A stretch of 64,000 nt of DNA, from NCBI GenBank assembly GCA_964106915.2, contig OZ066922.1; one strand, given 5' to 3'. Positions within the stretch are counted from its first letter, which is position 1. Each line of letters opens with the position of its first letter. The DNA comes from Podarcis gaigeae. Its lineage: Eukaryota. A model generated the notes under the pieces. It made no database searches. It was not told the origin of the DNA and saw only the letters and a list, made by a program, of their open reading frames with translations. Below are positions 12,750 to 25,380 of the stretch, piece by piece. Made by a program: the position numbers and the translations under genes.

Positions 12750-14419
12750 GCAGGAGCAATGTGAAGTGTATATGCAAAATAACCAGATATGCCAATATAC
12801 TAATTTTGCATTCTCAACACATCAGTTAAACAGAACTCAGATGCTGTGGTTCAGAACTTCAGTTAACATTGCAGAGTATAGTTTGGTTTGGGATACAAAA
12901 TAGATGATTGCAAAGTACATAGCTCCCAGCATTTTGCACTTCACATTTTGCCAGGTATGCAAAGCCTGTGGGAACTTTTTCTTTTTTTTTTAAAGGGGAT
13001 GTAGGAGGTAATGTATGAATCAGTCCCAAGACCGAGGCTGAGGTTGAAAAACTGGCAGGAGTCTATTACTGGACATTAAAAAGTTAGCTTTCTAAGATTT
13101 ACTGTTGCATAGGAGTACAGCACTGTAATAAAAATACAGTTGCTAATTAATCATTGCATGACTCAATGGTCCGCTGCTCCTGTGCCTTGCCATTTCTTAA
13201 CAACATGACTTGATCTCTTTGGGCCTCGTTACTCAAGGATAAGTCATTGAAGTGAATAAAAATGTTGTATAACCAAGGCCAGCTGGGTAATGTAACTAGC
13301 TGTATGATTTTGTTCAGGAAAAAACTAAGAGGCTGTATCCATGAAATTATAACACAGGCCTTATTAGCCACTGTATATAGTGATTGTGGATTCAGATGTG
13401 TGAAACCTAAATGTGTTTTCCTCTGTGTGTTCCTTACCTTTCAAATAAAAGCTGCAGGATCTATTCATCTCGCCTTTGTCACATTATCTATTAAAGTTTT
13501 AACACTGGCCATATTAAAAATGTCACTCTGGCCCATTAGAATATCCAAAGCAGTCAAAGTCTGTGTAGTAGCAGTGTTTCTGCCAAAGTTGATCATTTTT
13601 CTCAACTCCTGCCCACATTAATGTACCAAATACGTTAAAAGGCAAAGTTTGGAGCTACAGTAACTAAACCACTTTCTCCCATTACAGCTTTGTTCTGAGC
13701 AGGCCTTCAGGCCTTCAGCCCTTTGATTGAAGTCCCTTTTCTCCCTTACCCCAATATGGGGTACCCCCATGGATCCAAATGATCCAGGTTTTTTATGTTT
13801 GCCTTGTGACTCAGGTCAGCTTTGTATATAGTTGGGAAACAGATCTTTATAATCCCTCATGCAAATGGACCATGCAGAAGAGGTAGAGGATGGAAGGTCT
13901 CATAGTCCCTTTCATGTAATGCTCAGATGTGGCACTTGTGACCTTTTATCGACTCCAACCTTTATCAGCCCCAGTCAGAACAGACAGTAGTCAAAGATCA
14001 TGGGAGGTATAGTCCAAGAACATCAAGGGCTGTAATTTCTCCATACTTGTGGGACAAAGAGGTGACATGAGTTCCTTCCCCAAGTTCGGTTGGGGGGGGG
14101 GGAAGTACTGCTAACATGTTGCTGCTGTTGTTTCCAGGGTCCGAATTCCAGAGATTGTCAGAGAGGAAGTAACAAGAAGCTTTGTTTCCTGAAATGCTAA
14201 GTCACATTTAAATTTAACACAAGTAGGCTACTGAGACTTTAGCCAAGCAATTTTTTCACCTCTCTAGCCTCTAAAGTTAATTTTCCACCTCCTGCACTAT
14301 AACTTCTTTGCTTATTTTTTAAATTTGCATACTGCTCTATATCCATAGATCTCAGGACAGTTCATAGCATAAAAATCTTACAAAGTCATAGGATATGCGA
14401 CTTGAGGGAGCTGGAACTA

Positions 14420-14812
14420 GTTAATGGGCATGACAAGTTCTTTCACTACCGATTATCTGTTGAGAGTGTCTTAACAGATGATTGCCAGCTGTTTTGAATG
14501 CTATAGATCACTGAGCGCCTTAGTTTTTTATCATGCTTTTGAAATGTTAATACAATTTTGTTTTTTGGTTATCTTTGCTGTGTTAAATGTGCATTCTGTA
14601 CTTGACTTCCTTTGTAATGTTTTATTTTATGCTAATATTTTAGTTTTCTGTTAATTATAATGCTTTGGAATGTACCGGTATACCTTATCTTTGACTTTCT
14701 TCTGTAATGTTTTATTCTGGATTGTTTTATTTGATATTTTAATGTAAACTGCTTTGAGATTTTTTTTCTTAAAAAAATTAAGTGGTATAGAAATGAAATG
14801 AACAAAAATAAT
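14420..14812 (+). mobile_element. LINE (L2-like) 3' UTR remnant
   Basis: Long T-rich tract ending tgtaaactgctttgagatttt...aagtggtatagaaat...aaaaataata, typical of squamate L2-type tails. Confidence 0.5.
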
Positions 14813-17239
14813 ACTGTACTAAAAATGCCATGTCCTCCTAGCCAAACCATGATCCTAAAAACCATCGCATTGGCTCAGTATTCTTTCTTTGCTCTGCTCT
14901 GTCAGATCAAGATGTCATTCTTATTATGGACAAGTAGAGATATGAAAACAATCTTAATATAAATGTTAGCTTTCAACCAAGTATCAAAATAACATCACGT
15001 AATCTGTTTTGCCTTCTGTTGCCTCGTTTACACTTTGCAGGGTGTTAAAAGCTGGAGAGGTACAGAATTAGCAGTGGGTGCTAGTAAAGGTATACTTATT
15101 TCTGGTGCCATTAAATGTCCTCTATTCTTTTCAATTATGCATTGGGATACAATTTTCACTGGAACTGATCGGCCACAGATGCTGGATTTCAGTACGCCTA
15201 TTACTGCTGTTACTATATTTATCCACTAAGTGGGAAGGCTAATGTTTTCCAGATGTGGCTGCCATTTTATAAGTCAAAAATAGATATTACATCTGTCTGC
15301 TGTCTTTTCCTTGCATAACATGGGCTCAACATATCTATTAGCTTAGGTATTCTGTTACACAGTTTCAGATATTTAACCACAGCTGCCCCAATACATTTTG
15401 CTGCCTAAGGAAAAAGGCAAAGCATAAGGCAATCAGATTGGCAGCTAAATATTGCTTAAATACTGGCAACGGGACAGGTTCCTCTGCCACACCAGGTGGG
15501 AGAAGACTAGTTTAGGGATCACTAGCTTTGGGGTCTCAGTGACATTGGTGTGGAGGTGAATTACTACAGCTGCTCTGTTATCCAGTATCTTCCGCCTGAA
15601 ACAGTCACCTCAATCTGCAAATGGCCTGCCTTTTCTTAAACAAAGTCTAGGAAGAAGCCACTGCCAGCACAGGTTTATTGATAAGAATCCAAATTTTCTG
15701 TAATCAAATCTGGACCCCCCACCCTATTTGAACTGTCTATGTTTATGCTTTCTGGTCAGTCTTGGTAGCCAATAGTTATTTTCTGCTCTTCAGATGGGAA
15801 GTCAACTCCTGCCATGTTACTCCATCAGTGTTATGTGCATTTTCAAAGCCAATATTGGTTTGAGCAGACTGAACAATGTTATTGTGCATTAATGAACATA
15901 TGACAAATTTTAAAACATTTCATTCCCCCCCCTTTCCAACTTTTAAGAACCATCTCTTTCTCTCAGGCATAGATTTGAAATTTTCATTAAAATCTCAAAA
16001 CATATAATAGCAAAGACTGACCAACTGTACAAACAGGAATATATAACACTTAGCCACTTCTTGATTATTTTTAGGTAAAGAGGAACAAGAGTCAAAATCC
16101 TGCCCCTCTCACTTCATGAGGGTTCATGGAGAAAAGTGAATTTCATTTACTTCTTTCAGAAATACCACTGGATTTAGTTGCCTTTAATTTGGAAACCAAA
16201 ATACATATAGAAACAGCTCATAATTTTAATAACACACCCATTGTGACACAAGGTTTATTATGGCATACTCCTAATATATATCAAAGTAACAAAATGGAAG
16301 ATCTCCATATGAAATTCCTTATTATCATTGAATCCTGGATGATTTGGAAGTGGGCAGGGAATCTGTATGTATTTCTGAAAATGACACAAGATCCACATTC
16401 TTTTTATCCTCCTCAGTGTTTTCCTGAATTCTAGGCAACATGAAGTTTTGAGTACAGCAAGAGGGTTGTTTTTTTGTTGTTTTTTGAAGAGCTGCTCTTC
16501 CATTAGCTTTCTTTCCAAACAATAGAAGCTTTCAACAGAGCTCTTATCATTCCTCATCTTTAGATAACCTCTTCTCTACCTCCATCTCAATGCAATCTCT
16601 ATCCATTCCCAGGATTCGTACAGAATTATTATAATCTTCAAATCAAATCAACTTGAGGAAAAAACAGTCTTACGCTATATTATGTATACAAGGCCCATTA
16701 TTGCTTTGAGTGCTTGATTAAAGAAAAACAATTGCAGAAATACGCACACTCTCTTGCACTTTCTTTCATTAGTACAAAGGTTGCAACTCTGCCTCCTCTT
16801 CAAGGAAGCTTCCAGGAGGGAGAAAACATGTGTCCATTCCTCACTGTTGCAACCTCAATAGCTTTTTGAGATAATTCCATTGTAAGTTTCCTTTTAGATC
16901 ACATAAGCAGCTTTGTTCAGGCAAGACTGGACTTGACCTTGATTTGGCAAAGTACATGCAAGCCAAGTTTCCCCAACTAGATTTGGACAAGTCTCTCTGC
17001 CCCCCCCCTCTCTCTCCTTCAGTTCCCCAAGTGTCAGATGGGAATTTGGATGGATCCATCTATTTCTGCTTCATGTCACTTTCACAGGTATTTATTCATA
17101 ATTCCAACCCATTCAATTTCACCCTCGTTTAACAAAACAAAAAACCATGCAAATGTGCCTTTTGTTTGGAGGATTTTGTCATAAAAGATGCATTTTGGTA
17201 ATAAATCTTATCCTAAAATATTCATTCCATATGCATTCT

Positions 17240-17270
<31 letters not shown>
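17240..17270. repeat. (GT)n microsatellite
   Basis: Direct read; further (GT/AC)n tracts at about 11605-11640, 17830-17862, 42999-43032 and 47412-47436. Confidence 0.95.
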
Positions 17271-17273
<3 letters not shown>

Positions 17274-17828
17274 CTGAGAACTGTATTGCAAATTTCAGAG
17301 AAGTGAGAAACCAAGAGATAACTGCTTTTGGATCCACATGTTAGTCCCAGAACTTTAGATCAGGCCAGTTCACTTGGAAATGGAGATTGGATGAAACACT
17401 GACACATACTTGCATGAGAGCAGCAATCCAATCCACCCTGAGGCTCTGCAGGGTGACTGGTCTACCACCACATCCACAGCCTGGCCACTAATGGCAGCGA
17501 TGAAAGTTGAGTGGTCAGGCAGACTGGGCCCAATCCCTGCACCAGCTCCAGTCTGGTGCCACAATCAGGCCTGGATCAGGGTCTACATTGGCCGGAACTG
17601 GCTGTGAGAGTTGCTTGTGATCCAGTGGATACTGTGCAGTCTCCATCTTACTCCACCCTCAGAATGCCCAAATTTGGGGGGCTTTCACCAGACTTTACCA
17701 GTGTGGACTGCCAGTGGCCAGAAGGGGTGATTTGCACCAGTGCCAATTTTACTCTATGGCTGGCAGGATGATGACTGAGCTGACAGAGGGATGCCTTCAT
17801 TCAGTCCACCCATCCCCAGCCTGGTGTA

Positions 17829-17863
<35 letters not shown>

Positions 17864-18300
17864 TCAGGCAGGGTAATGATTTTGCAGGGTTAGAAAGATG
17901 AATACAAGTGACAAAGCTGTTTGTAGAAGGACAATAAGCCACGTTCTTTACACTTTCATGCAGTCTTTATTGCCCATAGTCAAACACTGCCACTATCAAC
18001 TTTTTACATAGTAAATTATAATTTTTCATGATTCTAGACCTCCTTGTTATTTGTAACAATCTGCTTATATCATGATTAGTGTGAAATATTTATGGAGTGA
18101 TATACAGAAATCTATAATGCACATAAACAGTGGTTTTATTCCTCCAACCAATGAGCCCACGATAACTATTTTTATACCTATTGCTATACTTGGTGCATTT
18201 CTCCAATTAACACACTTGCAAATATGTGATTGTTCCCTTTGGCATCAAAAGTAATAGATATTCTTTGTATCCCAATTAAAGTGTAAACATCCTTTGCAGA

Positions 18301-18590
18301 CAGGGATGGATGAATCTATCTATTTCCAGTCTGTGACATTTCCAAGTCTTTTCATCCATGATTTCATTCTGTTCTGCTTCTGCATCAATACAATATTTTT
18401 ATTTAGAAAAATCCCCTCAAAACATGTATTTGAGTATATATTTAAATATCCCTTTTCTCTCAAAATACATATATATTGATACATTTACAGAGAATTTCAT
18501 CACAACATTATAAGAAGTGTGAAACCTGGTGTTCCAATATGTACATTATTCAAAGAGGTGGAGATTAGGTCATTTCATGTAGGAATTTGC
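18301..18590. mobile_element. Second copy of the AGGATGG-ended DNA transposon-like repeat
   Basis: Start cagggatggatgaatctatctattt matches the reverse complement of 11200-11224 (gaattgatagattcatccatcct). Confidence 0.55.
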
Positions 18591-19351
18591 AAATATTACA
18601 TTCCTTTGTCTTCCATGCTTCCATGCAGAGTCCCCTTGACTCTCCCAGATATGATCAGTTCTACCAAAGCTGTCATTGCAGCCCCAGATGCTGGACACAA
18701 TAACTTGGCATACTGGCAGTGGAATTGGTTGATGTACAAAAACCTGTATCCAATGCAGATTGGCTTATCTGAATGAGAATGTGATGCTGCACTAAAGGAT
18801 ATGTAATGCATTAAATAAGATCTATTGCTTTACATAAAACAATACTTGTCCTCTTGTACGCTGTCCCATACTTAGGATGATGCTATGATCTTTGTTTAAA
18901 GATTACATTTTTAAAGAGAGAGAGATCTTGCATCCTAACATTTTTGCGTTGGGGAAGTTATTTTTTGTTTTTAAGGGTTTGCTCACATATGTCATTGAAA
19001 ATATTTATAAATGTCAAGGAATGAAGAAGAAAACATAATTCAAACTGAGTTCCTACATGAATTTAAAATGTTTGCTTTTTGTGGCAATACACAATACAAC
19101 ATTACTAGGCATATGGCATTGTAATAAGAACCATATGTCTTCACTGACTGGGGAACATATGGCAGAAGTTTAAAATAAGTAGGAATCTGAGGGGAAAGAA
19201 GGATGAGTCTTTTTTCTATTAAAAAAAGGGAAATGAAAGGGAAATTGTTTGTAAAAAGAAATGTTGTTTTTGTAAAGAGTGATTAAGTAACAGCACATCT
19301 TTGGCTGAATCTAGCAGACACCTGGGCCAGATTTAACATTAGGTGTTATCA

Positions 19352-19500
19352 ACAATCACTGTGGTGTATTGCTTAGAATGTTAGACTAGGTCCTGGTAGA
19401 TCAGGGTTCAAATTTCTACTTGGCCAAAAAAGTTACAGGGTGACCTCAGGCCTGTCATTCACTCTCAGTCTACCTCACTTCACAGGCTTGTTTTGAGGAT
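19352..19500 (+). mobile_element. Old tRNA-derived CORE-type SINE (MIR/Ther1 or old Squam3)
   Basis: A-box-like tggtgtattgcttaga, B-box ggttcaaat, then CORE-like gggtgacctcaggcctgtca...ctctcagtct...cacaggcttgttttgaggat. Confidence 0.7.
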
Positions 19501-19954
19501 TTTTTTTTGGGGGGGGGACTGATTGGAGGGGTATAAATACCTCCCCACTGCTCCTTGTCAATTCCTTTGATATTGTTTGTGTAAGGCTAAAATGAATGCC
19601 CTGGACTTTTAACTATAATTTTAAACTTCAGAATTTTTATTCTCTTTTATATTAATCTTCTCTGTACATGGATATATGATTGTTAATGTACAGTCTCTTC
19701 TGGTACAGACCATGTTTTCATAGTTCTTGTTGATACAATAATTTCTTGAAATCTCTATAAAATAAAATGACTTTTTGAAAAACTCACATTGGGCTATTTT
19801 GAGTTACACCGTGATTAATGTATATTAAAAGTTCTATAAAAGGCCACACAATTTTTAAAAAATATATTTATTTTTTAATGAGCAGAGCTGTTACTGAATG
19901 AAAATACCAATATTCTCATGGACATTGAGTCATTGGGTGCTTCAGATGAGACCA

Positions 19955-20080
19955 AAAGTAGCCAACATGCTGCCCTCCAAATCTGTTGAACTATTACTAG
20001 GATCAGGATGGCAAATGACCAGAAATGTTGGGAATGGTGATCCAACAACCTCTTAAGGGCACCACATTGGTGACCCCTTT
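19955..20080. mobile_element. Short palindromic MITE-like repeat (squamate ctacaactcccatc family)
   Basis: Imperfect inverted ends ccaacatgctgccctc...gggcaccacattgg; related copies at about 13940-14046, 47868-47990, 48585-48705, 57930-58030 and 63860-63930. Confidence 0.6.
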
Positions 20081-21384
20081 TCTAGAGTGTCCAGAACAAC
20101 CTGGAGTTGTGGCAGTTTTGGAACACAATGGAGTCAGCATTGCGAATACATTCATCCAAGTACTGCTGCTTAACTAGGTTGTTAAGTGGCCAGAAAGATG
20201 CCACAGTGACAGTACTGTACAGCAAAAACCTGCACATCCCAGTATTTTGTACAATTACTTTCCTAAAAACACTTCCCTGTTAATTCCTCTTGGCAATGGC
20301 TGATTGGAGCAATTTGAGGAGTAGCCAGAAGCCAGTACAATCCTGACCATATGATATTCTGGCTGAAAACACTGACTAGATTGAAGAAGATAAAGAGAAG
20401 AACATTGCAGTGGAATAGTTCCATACCATTCTCTCTCCATTATTCTGTACCATATTGTACACCTGCCTGTGTATGAAGAAAAGGAAGGTAATTGGTTAAC
20501 TAGGGTTTATATTGCCAATCCCTGTTTCTAGCAAAGGAAGAGCAGGGGGAAACAGAATTACAAAGGTTTGATCAGCTAAAGAAGCTAGGATATAGACAGG
20601 TTTGTTTTTCTGTGACACACTTAATACAGCTTCTGCTGAAATTCCACATGTGATACATTGCCTGTGCTGTGAGGTGGCGGGTTGCTTTTGATCAGTCACA
20701 CTGGATTACATTACACATCAGCAGAATGAATGCCATCAGTCCAGTCACATCACATTAGAAAACGACATATCATTGTGGAAAGTAAAGAAATGGAGGAGGA
20801 GGAGGCCAGAATGTTAGAGGTTATAGTTAAGGAGGACTTCATTTTCATATCTAACTAGCAGTCTTTTTTACTAGGTCTCTCGTAGGATAGCAAAAATTAT
20901 TTATAATTTCAGTTAATGAGAAAATCAGTTAATGAGAAAATAGATAAAAATGTGCATTGGAGTTGTTTCCCAGTGGCAGTTTGTGGCTGCCACCCCCTGT
21001 TGATTGACTGAGATCCTATCTGGACTCAACTTCCAAGGGGCGTTGGGGCTATATCAGTGCCTGGGCTAATGCTGGTGGCAGGCCCACTGGTCACAGCAAT
21101 CCCAAAGCGGATGGCACTCAAGAGTATGTCCCCTTTTGTGGGTCTGCTTCAGGGGAAAGGGAAGGGCCAAGGCTACACCATTAACATCTGGAGCCAAAGG
21201 GTATTGGTTGTGTTTCTTTGTTTTGTTTCATTCTCTTATAGGGATAGTCCTTACGTAATTATAAATCTGCCACCATCTTGTTTTACATTTGAATTTTTGG
21301 GCGAGAGGGAAAGATATGCCTGGGATAGGATCAGCTGGGAGAATGGAGGTAATTGCAGTGGGTTAGGGATGACGAGCAGAGCTA

Positions 21385-22475
21385 TGATGGCAATTAATGC
21401 CTCCTTGCAAGACCATGTGGTTCCATCCTGCTTAAAGGAGACAGTAGTCAGACCACACCTTAAAAAACTCTCAGTGGATTTGGAAAATCAAGTAAATACC
21501 AGCTGATTTATTTTAATTTCCCCTTCTGCTGCAAGGTTTTGATTGGGTGGTTGTGGTGCAGATCCAGACCCTCTTGGGTAAAACCAATTTTATAAATGCA
21601 CTCCTATTAGGGTCTAGGCTCTGTTTTGTCATGGAAACTGTTTTGGTCACTATGGATGATGACCTCTGTTGGGCGGGGGTAGGGAATGTGTCCCTGTTAA
21701 TTCCCCTTGATCTCTCAGTGGCGTTTGATACCATCAACCCTTCTGGAGCAGCTGTCTGAGCTGGGGGTGGGGGGCACTGCTGTGAGGTGGCTCCAAGTCC
21801 TACTTGGATAGTTATTTCCAGAGGGGGGGTGCTTGTGGCATGTTGCTTGGCCCCATGGAGCTTTCAGTTTAGGATTCTGTAGGGTTGAAACTTATCCCCC
21901 ATCTTTGTTTAATATCTACATCTATATCTACCTGTTGTTTTGGAGCACCTTGTCACCATTATGTTGATGACACACAGCTCTACTTCTTCACATCTGCAGG
22001 TGTGGCAGTGCATTCACTAGATTGATATCTTGTCTCAGTAAGTGATTGGATGAGAGACAATAAACTGAAGCTCATTCTATAATGAAGCCTTTCTTTGTGC
22101 TCCTCTTCCATGGGAGTTCCAAAGGGTGACAACACAAGAGTGAGCTTTTTCTTGCTGGCTCTCCACTTGTGAAATGTTCTCCCCCAATGAGGCCCATCTG
22201 GCACTTCTTTGTCTAGTTTTAGTCACCAGGCAAAACCTTTCCTTCTTATCTAGGCTTTTGGTCTTTATTTTGAAAAGTTCTTAAGTATTTGTGGGTTTTT
22301 ATGTAGGATCCATTAGACCTGCTTTTAGTTGTATAGATGTGTTTGTGTGTGTTTAGGTTTTTATTGGTTGTGTGATTATTGAAATTGTTTTTATTATTTC
22401 TGTTGTGTTTTTACATCCATTTGAGTCATGTGTATGAATAAAGCAAAATAAAATAATAATAATAATAATAATAAT
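21385..22475 (+). mobile_element. Decayed, internally deleted L2 LINE (RT domain to 3' tail)
   Basis: Translated motifs INASLQDHVVPSCLKETVVRPHLKK, ETVLVTMDDDL, LIPLDLSVAFDTI, YVDDTQLYF (near 21960) and WMRDNKLKL (near 22047); jumps to the C-terminal region near 22080; ends in (AAT)n at about 22452-22474. Confidence 0.9.
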
Positions 22476-23709
22476 GCATTTTTTGCAATGTTGACATAAT
22501 GTCATCCTCATCAATATCTTTCCACCAGTGGCAATATTTTCAAATTAAATATTGCATATTTTTTAAAGATTGGATAGGAGTCCTTTACTGTGGCTTCTCA
22601 CAAACAACTTGATTTTAATTTTCCAATATGATGCATTGCCCTATGCTGTGTTATGGCAGGTTGCATCTGATCAGTCACACTGGATTACATTGCACATCAA
22701 AGCAAGTGTTATCATTCCAGTCACATCACATTAGAAAAGACATGTCATGTTGGCAATTTGAATTGGAGTCTTTTGAAGGGTAATTTTCAAGTGCAAGATT
22801 AAAATACTGATCCTAATCAAAGGTCAGCAAGTAAGTATGCTTCAGCTATTGACTACAATATTTTGTGGGGAACATTTTATTTCAAAATGTTTTGAACATG
22901 ACTGATTTAAGTAAACGCAATACAATACAATGGAAGGTGGGAGATCAGGTGAGGAGCACAGAATTCAGGGGGCAGTCTTCAGAACATCAGTGTCAGTACC
23001 AAACCTGAAATCATCTACAAGCACACCTACGACTGACAGAGTTCAGGGAATGGAGTGAGACCTTTTTGTCAGAGGAAGAGTACACAGCTGAATTAATAGC
23101 ATACACCATAATCTTCCAGCATGTATACATACCCCGTCAAACATGTTTGCACTATCTGCTTCATTATTAGTTTGATATGAAGAAGCTGGGGAAGGTGCAA
23201 TCCTCATTCTCAAATGTGCTATTGTTTGATGTTTCCTTTTGTGAGGGGAAATGCTTTGTTCATGCATAGAAATTGTGTCCTGCTTATAGTACACATAGGA
23301 ACTCCTTCATAGAGGTCCAGGTATATATCATACACCCCATAGTACTGAACAATAGGCTAGTTAGTGAATTTACCGTAATCTTAAATTGCACTATTGGCTC
23401 TATTTGAAGAGTAGAAGGGTCTGCTGAGCTGGTATAAAGGTTCTTAAGACAGGAGTGGTGTATCAGCAGTTATATTACCACAGCAGAGTAGAACGTGATG
23501 CTGTTTCAATATGGCAGTGCTATTGCAGCATCCTGATTGGCAGATAGTCTACATCCAACCTCCTGGTTCTAACAGAGTTTGGGTATCATTTACATCAATG
23601 GGGAAAGTTAGCTGTAACTTAAACACCATTGATTTCAATGGCAACTAACTGTAAGGGGCTTAGGATCCAACCCAGCTTTTCACTATTTGCACAGGCCTAC
23701 CACTTTTTA

Positions 23710-24079
23710 GGGATGCAGGTGGCGCTGTGGGTTAAAGCTTCAGCGCCTAGGGCTTGCCGATCAAAAGGTCGGCGGTTCGAATCCCTGCGGCGGGGTGCGC
23801 TCCCGCTGCTCGGTCCCAGCGCCTGCCAACCTAGCAGTTCGAAAGCACCTCCGGGTGCAAGTAGATAAATAGGGACCGCTTACCAGCGGGAAGGTAAACG
23901 GCGTTTCCGTGTGCGGCTCTGGCTCGCCAGAGCAGCAATGTCACGCTGGCCACGTGACCCGGAAGTGTCTCCGGACAGCGCTGGCCCCTGGCCTCTTAAG
24001 TGAGATGGGCGCACAACCCCAGAGTCGGACACGACTGGCCCGTACGGGCAGGGGTACCTTTACCTTTACCTTTACCTTT
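23710..24079 (+). mobile_element. Full-length young Sauria (Squam1) SINE
   Basis: Head gggatgcaggtggcgctgtgggttaaa (A box), ggttcgaatcc (B box), tail (ACCTTT)n; 12-bp target-site duplication TACCACTTTTTA at 23698-23709 and 24080-24091; CpG-rich. Confidence 0.95.
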
Positions 24080-24586
24080 TACCACTTTTTAATGTAGCCA
24101 TAGACATTCCTGTATACTTTCACAAATAAGAATGGAAAAGGAGATTCTTAAATAGCAAAAATAATCTTCTTGCTTCATGTGATGAAAAATATCACAAGTG
24201 GATAAGAAAAGCAGGTTTAACATGCTGATCTTTGAACAGAAGGTCAGTGGTATGAATATAGTGTAACAATCCTGGATTTATTCAAACTGCAGTGACTATT
24301 TTGTGCTAGTAAAACTGGCTCCATATTATTCATGCTCTTCAAACATTCTGAAATGAAGCGACAGAGAGGTATGCACATCCTTTGCACTGATTCACCCTGA
24401 TTCCACAAAAGCCATGTAGAAATGATTAAATTCCAGGGATAATCAACCTGCTGTTCACTTAAGTTCTATAGGTCAAAATTTATCAGGAACAAAATCAGAT
24501 AAATTTCCTGTGATTTTTCTTTTCTGCCCTCTTCTTAGCCTACTGAAGTCCTCCCCCATATATATTTGGGAATAGCTGTGGATCTA

Positions 24587-24952
24587 AAAGGTAAAGGTAA
24601 AGGTACCCCTGCCCGTATGGGCCAGTCTTGACAGACTCTGGGGTTGTGTCCCATCTCACTCAAGAGGCCAGGGGCCAGCGCTGTCCGGAGACACTTCCGG
24701 GTCACGTGGCCAGCGTGACATCGCTGCTCTGGCGAGCCAGAGCCGCACACGGAAACGCTGTTTACCTTCCCGCTAGTAAGCGGTCCCTATTTATCTACTT
24801 GCACCCAGGGGTGCTTTCGAACTGCTAGGTTGGCAGGCGCTGGGACCGAGCAGCGGGAGTGCACCCCGCCGCAGGGATTCGAACCGCCGACCTTTCGATC
24901 GGCAAGTCCTAGGCGCTGAGGCTTTAACCCACAGCGCCACCTGCGTCCCTCC
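24587..24952 (-). mobile_element. Full-length young Sauria (Squam1) SINE, opposite orientation
   Basis: Reverse complement of the 23710 element at about 95% identity by eye; 13-bp TSD AGCTGTGGATCTA at 24574-24586 and 24953-24965. Confidence 0.95.
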
Positions 24953-25195
24953 AGCTGTGGATCTAGTTTTAATATTATTTAAAATCATTTTAATATCCTT
25001 GAATGATGCAGTGGATGTGGCTCCACTCTTTCCAGTTCTCCTCTCTACAGAAAACCATACAATATGGCAACCCTATTAATAAGAGAGTTTGACACCCCTC
25101 CATTCCTTGGCCAAGCATCAATAATCTCTGGAATTTGGTCATCGACAGGTATGGGGCTTAAAGTGAAAATTAATATCCCCAAATTCAACATTCGG

Positions 25196-25380
25196 AGGAA
25201 GGGCCTTAGCTCAGCAGTAGAGCAACCACTTGCATGCAGAAAGCCCCAGATTCAATACCCAGTAACTCCAGGTGGGACTGGGAGAGAACCCAGCCTGAAT
25301 TTCTGGAGAATTTGGACACTGTAAACAGTGCTGAGCTAGATCAACCATTGGTCTGTTTCAGTATAAGGCAACTTCCTATT
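25196..25380 (+). mobile_element. tRNA-derived SINE (Squam2/Anolis SINE2-like)
   Basis: tRNA-like head gggccttagctcagcagtagagc...ttgcatgcagaaagccccagattcaatacc and 3' body gctgagctagatcaaccattggtctgtttcagtataaggcaacttcctat. Confidence 0.8.

Noticed and set aside
12607-12903. Poly-leucine ORF resembling a signal peptide or TM helix
   Set aside because: It is the translation of the (TTA)n tail of an L2 element
23629-24988. Near-identical ORF pairs on opposite strands (QVALWVKASAPR..., MCGSGSPEQ...)
   Set aside because: These are translations of the two inverted Sauria SINEs, not paralogous genes
25196-25275. tRNA gene
   Set aside because: Degenerate cloverleaf continuing into a SINE body; the same applies to the tRNA-like heads near 57250 and 58470
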